From IMG/VR virus record IMGVR_UViG_3300037439_000104, positions 1 through 51,401 of that record: a stretch of 51,401 nucleotides of DNA. The stretch is one strand, 5' to 3'. A program made the translations under genes and the position numbers. The notes under the pieces are model-generated. The model had not been told where the DNA came from and did no database searches. It saw nothing but the letters and a program-made list of their open reading frames with translations. Source of the stretch: a virus (taxonomy: Duplodnaviria; Caudoviricetes). Each line of letters starts with the position of its first letter. The first letter of the stretch is position 1. Below, piece by piece: positions 45,316-51,401 of the stretch.

Positions 45316-46281
45316 TCAGCCAGGCCCAGGCGGCCAGAGGGTGAGTCTGCTCGTTGGCAGCGCGTCGTTGTACCGATCGTGCATCGCTGCGTCGCGGCGG
45401 TAGTCGAGCACCCAGAGGCGTGTCGATGGGCCTGGGGCGACGAGGATCTGGTCGGAGGTCGGGGGTGGCGGGGTGGACGACAGTGGGTCGGGGTTCACCA
45501 CAGGCTCGTCCGGATCACACGGGGCGCCGAGCGGTACCAGTCCGGGACCGGCCAACCCACGGGGGAAGGCTAGCCGGTCCCGGATGCTGGCGCCGGTGCG
45601 ACTGTCGCGGCCTGTCCCGCTGTCGTCGTCCCGGCTGCCGCAGACCAGCCCGCCCGTGCGCAGGTCGGTCTGCGAGTCGTAGATGGTGAGGTCGCTGGTC
45701 CATGGTGCCGGCTGGTGCTCACCGCCGAATGTCGGGCTGGCCGCCTCGGTGGTCGGCGTACCGGGCTGCTCAACGACGGGCTCGGGCTCCGGGTCGTTGA
45801 TCGGCGTGGTGGGCGGTTCGGTGACCGGGGCCGGTGGTGGGTCGACGGGGAGCTGCGGGCTGCCGTCGTCTCCTCCCACCGGCCCCGGGATCACCACGTC
45901 CACGACGTCCTCGATCAGTTCTTCGATCGGACGTGGACGTTCCGGCTCTTCCGTCTGCTCAGGCTCGGGGTCGGGCTCTGGCGTCGGTTCGGCCGGGCGT
46001 TCAGGTGCTTCGTCTTCGGTGTCGTCGGGCGGCGGGTCCTGGTTGCCGCCGTCGCCCCGGCCGTTGTCCTCGTCGTCAGCTGGCGGGTCGGGTAGGACGC
46101 TGTCCAGCAGCTCGTCGAGCAGACCCCCCGGCCGCTCGCTTGGCCGCTCCTGCTCGATCCGGACCGGCACGTCGTCGGCCCAGGCCGTGCCGTGGTCGAG
46201 TCCCTCGGCGGCGACCCAGGCTGCGGCGCAGAACCCGGCGGCCAGGGCGAGGCGTTGAAGGGTACGGACAGTACGCTGCAC
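45316..46281 (-). CDS. Secreted Pro/Asp/Glu-rich protein
   Basis: Signal-like N-terminus ending AWA; PEPTPEPDPEP low complexity; GGAGG RBS. Confidence 0.65.
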   Translation of the reverse strand: MQRTVRTLQRLALAAGFCAAAWVAAEGLDHGTAWADDVPVRIEQERPSERPGGLLDELLDSVLPDPPADDEDNGRGDGGNQDPPPDDTEDEAPERPAEPTPEPDPEPEQTEEPERPRPIEELIEDVVDVVIPGPVGGDDGSPQLPVDPPPAPVTEPPTTPINDPEPEPVVEQPGTPTTEAASPTFGGEHQPAPWTSDLTIYDSQTDLRTGGLVCGSRDDDSGTGRDSRTGASIRDRLAFPRGLAGPGLVPLGAPCDPDEPVVNPDPLSSTPPPPTSDQILVAPGPSTRLWVLDYRRDAAMHDRYNDALPTSRLTLWPPGPG

Positions 46282-46575
46282 GTGGCCCTCCCGTGTAGGC
46301 CGTCAGCGCGGTGTCGGCGGGGTCTGGGCCACACCAGCGTGATCGCTTCTGGCCGATCACGTTACATCGCGGTTACCTACGCAGGTCAATGGCCTGGCGA
46401 CGTTCCTAAACGGACGTTCGAATTAGGACGCCCTTAGCACAACCGTTCGGTCGACAGTAGATCGACCCGCGCGGCTGACACCCGTTCGGGGGACAAGACA
46501 TCGACCCCGATAACAGGAACCCTCGACCACCGGAGTGATCGGGGGCGGGCGCGCAGCTGCGCGGAACCTGGCATC

Positions 46576-47415
46576 TCATGCTAGCAATCGGGCCCGGTCA
46601 CGGCTCGGTTCCTCAAGCCGTACGTAGACGACCGTGGCGTCGTCGGATTGCTTGTTGCGCGGCCAGCGAACACCTGTCGGATCGGACCGCTCGGCGTTTC
46701 TTACCTGGTCGATCAGACTCGACGGGCCGTACGTGTCCAGTGTGTCGAGTAGCCCGATCGGATTCATCAGGCCGAACGCGACTGCCCGAGCCGCGCCATC
46801 CGTAACGACAGCGAGGCGCGTAACGGTCTTACGAGGGAGCGTGCCGGTCAGTGCGTGCCTAGCCGCCGCCGGGTCCGTCTCGGCCACCCAGTACCCGCCG
46901 TGCCGGTTGCGGGCGGCCAGCTCAACTGGCTTCATTGCGGCCATCGCCGCGACCTTCTCGGGCGAGCCGATCGGGTGACGGTTCGCCTCGGCTCGCTCCT
47001 TCCGGGCTGTGTGGCTGACCCGACCATCGCTGATGGATCGGACTACGTCGCCAACATCGGCGATCACCGAGACGTCGCCCAGAACCAGGTACTCGACGTT
47101 GGCCTCTCCGACGCGGACGATCCCGGCAGCTGCGGACGGGGTGCCCGGGTGGCTGAGGTCGCAACCAGGATGCAGGGCAGCCACGTCGGCGATGGCGCCA
47201 GCGAGAGCAGTCGCCAACGGCACGTCGTGATCGCCAGCCCGACTGGCCACAGCGGCACCGAGTTTGGTGGCGTACCAGGCCACACCGTGGACGCAGCCGG
47301 TGTCAGTGCGGGCGGTTGCCCCGTCGAGCACGGCGACAACGTGAGGCGTGGTGGATACCCAGTCCTCGTTGTCCCGGCCGGGAGTTCCCGGTTCGCTGGC
47401 GAACACGACTCGCAT
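46576..47415 (-). CDS. PP2C-like phosphatase-domain protein
   Basis: NEDW, VLDGAT, LGD, TDGA, SDDAT metal-binding motifs. Confidence 0.8.
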   Translation of the reverse strand: MRVVFASEPGTPGRDNEDWVSTTPHVVAVLDGATARTDTGCVHGVAWYATKLGAAVASRAGDHDVPLATALAGAIADVAALHPGCDLSHPGTPSAAAGIVRVGEANVEYLVLGDVSVIADVGDVVRSISDGRVSHTARKERAEANRHPIGSPEKVAAMAAMKPVELAARNRHGGYWVAETDPAAARHALTGTLPRKTVTRLAVVTDGAARAVAFGLMNPIGLLDTLDTYGPSSLIDQVRNAERSDPTGVRWPRNKQSDDATVVYVRLEEPSRDRARLLA

Positions 47416-48288
47416 CAGCCGATCCCCTCGTGGCGGTGGATCGGAGTCACGGTGCCGGTCTTGATGATGTCGCCGGTCTTCGGGTCCGCCCGACACTCGA
47501 TCAGGACGGAGAACCGCCGGGTCGTCATGTCCTTGTAGAGGCGGTCGATGTTGGCCTCGATGTAGTGGGCGGCACCCTTGGTGCCCAGTGCATGGATTCC
47601 CGCCAGGTAGAGGAACGTGCCGCGCCCGTCAGGTCGGGGGAGTCGACCGATGTAGGCGTAGTCACCGTGCCCGCCGGTATCCAGCGGTGACCGGTACTCG
47701 CGATCCTCCATGCGGTCGAACAGGAACCGGCCGCTGTCGTCCTCGCCGAAGCCGAGGTGCAGGTCAGCCTCAAGGATCTGGCCGACGAACGGCAGGATTC
47801 GCGGACCGCCCAGGACGATGAGCCCGGGGCGGTTGAGGTTGACGTTTCCGGGCGGCGCTACGACCTCGACGGGTGCCGGTTTGAGGCCGAGGGTCCGGGC
47901 CAGTTCGGCGATCCGTTCGTAGGCTGCCATCGCTTCGCCGGACACCAGGGCTTTGGGCTGGCTGTCCCGTTTGCCGCTGTCCGGCTTCCCGCCAGCCGCG
48001 ATCGTGATGATGGTGCCGCCTCCGAGGAATGCCCGCTCCGGCCGAGGCCCTGCGGACAGCAGTTGACCCACCCGCGCCCTGGTCATGCCGAGCTTTTTGC
48101 CGATCTCGGTCTGTGACATTCCGGCCGTGATCATCTCTTCGAGGGCGGCGCGGCGTACCTGCGCAACATCGTTGATCAGAGTCTGGTGCTCGCTGATGAC
48201 GTCGTTGGCCCGCTTCGCTCGTTCGACGGGGTCGGCGATCTGCAAGAGGTCTCTCACCTCCGGATGCTGGGTCGTGGGGTCCATCATG
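47415..48288 (-). CDS. HTH (sigma-70 region 4-like) regulator with a C-terminal alpha/beta domain
   Basis: GMSQTEIGKKLGMTRARVGQL; TAGAAT 6 nt before ATG 48288 suggests a leaderless mRNA. Confidence 0.75.
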
Positions 48289-48294
48289 CGGGGC

Positions 48295-48372
48295 ATTCTA
48301 CAGTCCCCGCAAGCCCCCCTTGCGCATGGCAGGACCCGTCGTTACTGTGGGAATGGTCAAGCCCCACTTGCG
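48295..48372. promoter_or_regulatory. Divergent promoters with two operators
   Basis: CAAGCCCC(C/A)CTTGCG at 48310 and 48358; + strand TTGCGC (48320)-N17-TACTGT (48343). Confidence 0.7.
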
Positions 48373-48484
48373 ACCCGCAAGAGGTGGTAGCGCGAGTAGA
48401 TCGAAAAAGAACCCCCGCGCCGAGTCGAGTCTCGCCAGACATCTCGGTACGAGGGTTCCGAGCCAGCCCATGAGAGGGGCCAAC

Positions 48485-48772
48485 ATGCGTAAGTCTGCCA
48501 CGTCCGAGCGTCACCTGTCGGTTGTGCCCGTCACCCAGGCGAGCACCCCGTCCGCTGCTCCCAGCTTCGGCCCGATTCAGGCGGCCCGGCTCGGGTACCA
48601 GGCGTACACCCTGCTGCACACTGGCGCGGCCGAGAAGTCGACGCCGGCCCTGGCGGCCGCGCTGGACGTGACCGAACAGCAGGTGTTGGACGCCATCGCC
48701 GCCTACCTGTTCGTGATGACCGGGCACGACCTGTCCGAGGGCAGCGTCCTGTCGATGGCGTCGGTGGCGTGA
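48485..48772 (+). CDS. Hypothetical protein with wHTH-like segment
   Basis: GAGGGG RBS; STPALAAALDVTEQQV. Confidence 0.6.
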   Translation: MRKSATSERHLSVVPVTQASTPSAAPSFGPIQAARLGYQAYTLLHTGAAEKSTPALAAALDVTEQQVLDAIAAYLFVMTGHDLSEGSVLSMASVA

Positions 48773-49014
48773 TGCTGACGCAGACCCTGGCCCCCACCGC
48801 CCCCGAGTTCGTCCCCCGTGACGAGCTGCGCATCGGCGACGTCATCGACTTCTGGGGTGAGCCCCACGAGATCGAGCGGTTCGTGACCCCGTCCGGTCCT
48901 GCGGTCGCGGCGGGCGGGTTGTCCGGAGACCGGATCGCGCTCGCGGACGGCGGCACCTGGCAGATGACGCTGACCTCCCCCCGCGTGCCGGTGCTTCGCC
49001 GGGCGGTGGCGTGA
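48772..49014 (+). CDS. Hypothetical protein
   Basis: TGATG coupling; ELRIGDVI motif. Confidence 0.6.
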   Translation: MLTQTLAPTAPEFVPRDELRIGDVIDFWGEPHEIERFVTPSGPAVAAGGLSGDRIALADGGTWQMTLTSPRVPVLRRAVA

Positions 49015-49169
49015 TGCGTTGGCTGCTGCTCACTCTCGGCCTGACCCTCATCGGCGCTGCGGCCCCCGTGTCCGGCTGGCCCGGTACCGCGCTGGCGCTG
49101 GCCGGTGCGACCCTGCTCTTGGTCGCCTACTTCCGGGTCCGCCGGGATGTCCGCCAGGACGGACGCTGA
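49014..49169 (+). CDS. Small two-TM protein (Spd-like)
   Basis: MRWLLLTLGLTLIGAAAPVSGWPGTALALAGATLLLVAYFRVRRDVRQDGR; below the ORF-track cutoff. Confidence 0.55.
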   Translation: MRWLLLTLGLTLIGAAAPVSGWPGTALALAGATLLLVAYFRVRRDVRQDGR

Positions 49170-49171
49170 CC

Positions 49172-50392
49172 ATGAACCTCTCCGACATCGAACGGGCCAT
49201 CGCCCCCCGCGTCACCGAGATCGCCACCAAGCTGGCCGAGCGGCGGGCCCTGCGCGACGTGAACCACGTCGACCTTCGGGAGCGGCGCCGGCTCGATGTC
49301 GTGCAGCAGGACGCGCTCGCGGCGCTCGACGAACTGGCGGCCTCCCGCAAGCTCGCCCGCCGCGAGCGCGCACGGGATGAGTCGGAGGCCGCGAAGCTCG
49401 CCGAGTTGTACCGCCGGGCATCCCGCTCCGGCGCCCGCGCCCGGATCCGGGCTGACATCAACCGCTCCGCCGAGGTCCGTGCCCTGCGGGTCGAGGCGGT
49501 CCGGAAGGCTTCCCTGTGGATCGGGCTACCGGTCCTGATCGCGTTCGGGCTCTGGTCTACCGCCGGGGTGCAGAAGGGCGTCACTCACCTGCTCGACCTT
49601 CAGCCCGGTTCGGCCATGTGGTTGGCGGCGTGGCTGATGGAGCCGGCGCTGCTGACGATCGTGGCGCTGATCATCGTCGGCCGGGCGCTGCTCCAGTCGT
49701 CTGGTGGTGACACGGACTGGAGGGCGTGGGTCATCGAGGCCGGCGCCCTGCTCTCCTCCCTGGCGCTCAACATCGCCCCGAGCCTGTCGACCGGCGGTGA
49801 CCTGAAGGCAGCCGCCCTGGTTGCCGAGTCGGTTGGCCCGCTGGGCGCCGCGACGACCGCGTTCCTCATCGGCCTGTTCGCCGGGTACGTGGCGAAGGCC
49901 CGGCCGTGGGACGACGCACCGCGTCTGGCCGACCTGGACCTGGCCGTGGCGCAGGCTGACGCAGAGCGCGTCGCCGAGCTGCGTCAGGTTGGCGCGCCCA
50001 CTGACGCACTGTTGACGCACCCGGCTGACGCACCTCCGACGCACCCGGCTGACGCACCGGCGACGCAGGACGATGACGCACCGCGTCAACCCCGCCCGCC
50101 TGCGGTGACGCAGATTGACGCAGGCCCGTCCCGGCGCGTCAGGGAGGTCGTTATGCGCAGGCCGGTGAGTGCGTCACCGGTGGATGCCGAGCAGCGTGAC
50201 GCGGCCCTGCGTCAGGCGGTTGACGCAGTCCTGACGCACCAGGTGGCGATTCGCGCCGCAGCCCGTGACGCGGCCCTCCCGGAGCCGACCGTGCGTCGCG
50301 CCGTGGCCCGCGCCAAGGCCGAAGTGACGCAGCCCGAACAGACCAACGGCCACCAGTTCGAAACCCCCGACACCGACCGCGCCGCGGTCTGA
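49172..50392 (+). CDS. Spd(B2)-like membrane protein: coiled coil, four TMs, repeat linker, C-terminal HTH
   Basis: Architecture resembles Streptomyces plasmid/AICE spread proteins; AIRAAARDAALPEPTVRR HTH. Confidence 0.55.
   Translation: MNLSDIERAIAPRVTEIATKLAERRALRDVNHVDLRERRRLDVVQQDALAALDELAASRKLARRERARDESEAAKLAELYRRASRSGARARIRADINRSAEVRALRVEAVRKASLWIGLPVLIAFGLWSTAGVQKGVTHLLDLQPGSAMWLAAWLMEPALLTIVALIIVGRALLQSSGGDTDWRAWVIEAGALLSSLALNIAPSLSTGGDLKAAALVAESVGPLGAATTAFLIGLFAGYVAKARPWDDAPRLADLDLAVAQADAERVAELRQVGAPTDALLTHPADAPPTHPADAPATQDDDAPRQPRPPAVTQIDAGPSRRVREVVMRRPVSASPVDAEQRDAALRQAVDAVLTHQVAIRAAARDAALPEPTVRRAVARAKAEVTQPEQTNGHQFETPDTDRAAV
49913..50331. repeat. Dense field of TGACGC(A)/GCGTCA motifs
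   Basis: 18 hexamer copies counted by eye in ~420 bp on both strands, plus several GACGC. Confidence 0.85.
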
Positions 50393-50403
50393 GAGGACCT
50401 CCG

Positions 50404-50586
50404 ATGAAGACCAAGACCCTCGACGAACTGATCCGGGACTACGGCCGCGCGATGTTGATGACCGGCGTCCATCAGGGCAGCGGCAGCCGCTACGGCGCCC
50501 AGGCCGAGCGGATGACTGCCAACACGCTCTACGCCGAGATCGAGAATCGGCTGACCAGCGACGATGTTGACCGCGCTGCGGTCTGA
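50404..50586 (+). CDS. Cassette ORF 1, hypothetical
   Basis: GAGGA RBS adjoining the repeat; ends DRAAV like the upstream gene. Confidence 0.7.
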   Translation: MKTKTLDELIRDYGRAMLMTGVHQGSGSRYGAQAERMTANTLYAEIENRLTSDDVDRAAV

Positions 50587-50598
50587 GGAGGAGACGAC

Positions 50599-50784
50599 AT
50601 GCGCTACTTCGTCGCCTACGTGTTCTCGAACGGTCGAGGTGTTGGGCACGGCTGGTCCCAGGTGAACCGACCGACGCCGATCCGGGCCCAACACGACCTT
50701 GAGGAAATCACTGGTCAGATCGTCAGGAGTAACCCGGGCGTCACGTCTTTGACGATCACCAATTGGCAGCGTTTCGAGTCCTGA
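50599..50784 (+). CDS. Cassette ORF 2, hypothetical
   Basis: GGAGGAG RBS; stop codon inside the repeat. Confidence 0.7.
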   Translation: MRYFVAYVFSNGRGVGHGWSQVNRPTPIRAQHDLEEITGQIVRSNPGVTSLTITNWQRFES

Positions 50785-50829
50785 CCAGCCAAAACCCCGA
50801 CCGCGCTGCGGTCTGAGAAGGAGCACGAG

Positions 50830-51078
50830 ATGTACGGCGACAACTACGGCCCCCAGGTGCCGAGCGGCCAGACGGACTACCTGACCAAGGCCGCCGCCCT
50901 GCTGGACAAGGCGTCCGAGACGAACGAGAAGAAGCACCGGGACTACGCCGCCTGGCTCATTGAGGGCCGGGAGCGGATCGCCCGCCAGTACGCGGTCCTC
51001 GGCGCCATTCAGCGCGGCGTCCTGCCGCAGGAGATGGCCAAGGAGCTGTTCGACAGCGTCACCGAAACCGCCCGCTGA
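50830..51078 (+). CDS. Cassette ORF 3, hypothetical
   Basis: AAGGAG RBS; stop codon inside the repeat. Confidence 0.7.
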   Translation: MYGDNYGPQVPSGQTDYLTKAAALLDKASETNEKKHRDYAAWLIEGRERIARQYAVLGAIQRGVLPQEMAKELFDSVTETAR

Positions 51079-51126
51079 CCAGCCAAAACACCTAGTCGGA
51101 TCACCCCCGACGGACAGGAGAAGGAC

Positions 51127-51336
51127 ATGAACCCCGTGCTCAGCGCCACTGTCGCCAGCGACAACTGGCGGACCAGCCTCTACAACCGGGTGGCCGAGGT
51201 CATCGACGCCTACCGCGACCTGGGCGCCAACTCCACGCCCCCCTACGACGAGACCCCCGGTTATCAGGCCGCCAGTCAGCGTCTCGAAGCCGCGTTGCGG
51301 GCGCTGCCGTTCTGGCTCCGCTGGATCTTCTGCTGA
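51127..51336 (+). CDS. Cassette ORF 4, hypothetical
   Basis: AGGAG RBS; followed by the repeat. Confidence 0.7.
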   Translation: MNPVLSATVASDNWRTSLYNRVAEVIDAYRDLGANSTPPYDETPGYQAASQRLEAALRALPFWLRWIFC

Positions 51337-51364
51337 CACCCTGACCAGCCAAAACACCAGTCGC

Positions 51365-51401
51365 GGGGCGCGGCCCGACCTACCAAGAAGCGCCGCGCCC
51401 C
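51365..51401 (+). promoter_or_regulatory. GC-rich stem-loop with CCTACCAAG in the loop
   Basis: GGGGCGCGGC / GCCGCGCCCC 10-bp stem at the window end. Confidence 0.55.

Larger units (their letters stand above)
50375..51363 (+). repeat. Inter-gene repeats delimiting a small-ORF array
   Basis: GACCGCGCYGCGGTCTGAG at 50375, 50569, 50799; CTGACCAGCCAAAAC at 50781, 51075, 51341 (partial at 50551). Confidence 0.9.

Noticed and set aside
46488-46495. Additional GGGGACA arm-type site
   Set aside because: Single copy 1.6 kb from the core; compatible with chance in high-GC DNA.
50375-51363. CRISPR array
   Set aside because: Intervals are 190-290 bp and are whole ORFs with RBSs; repeats are heterogeneous; no cas genes in the window.
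1-51401. Window is itself a closed circle
   Set aside because: No terminal overlap; the left end starts mid-gene and the right end stops at a hairpin, so intervening sequence is missing.

Overview
High-GC actinobacterial (Micromonospora-like by gene style; host not provable from sequence) temperate siphovirus genome of about 42.5 kb (2.1-44.6 kb), almost entirely on the minus strand. From right to left: tyrosine integrase, XRE repressor/excisionase switch, early genes (WhiB-like, SNF2-like helicase, two DNA methyltransferases, beta clamp, YqaJ/RecT/SSB, replication ATPase with a likely origin, RuvC-like resolvase, a second tyrosine recombinase), HNH/terminase/portal/head, tail with a -1 frameshift chaperone, and lysis. 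Next to the integrase is the 3' half of a CAT-anticodon tRNA, with GGGGACA arm-like repeats on BOTH sides, i.e. an attP-like junction. Both window ends carry plus-strand plasmid/AICE-like genes (Spd-like membrane protein, small-ORF cassette array, wHTH C-terminus, GntR/Kor-like regulator), suggesting a phage that carries a conjugative-type module, or tandem related elements. Best leads: (1) an endonuclease VII gene nested in an alternative frame inside the helicase, with the host frame still open; (2) a repeat-delimited small-gene cassette array; (3) a candidate antisense RNA complementary to the GntR ribosome-binding hairpin; (4) a dense TGACGC repeat field; (5) paired hairpins with the same 7-nt loop before terS and scaffold. 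All product calls come from motif recognition and synteny by eye; no database searches were run.
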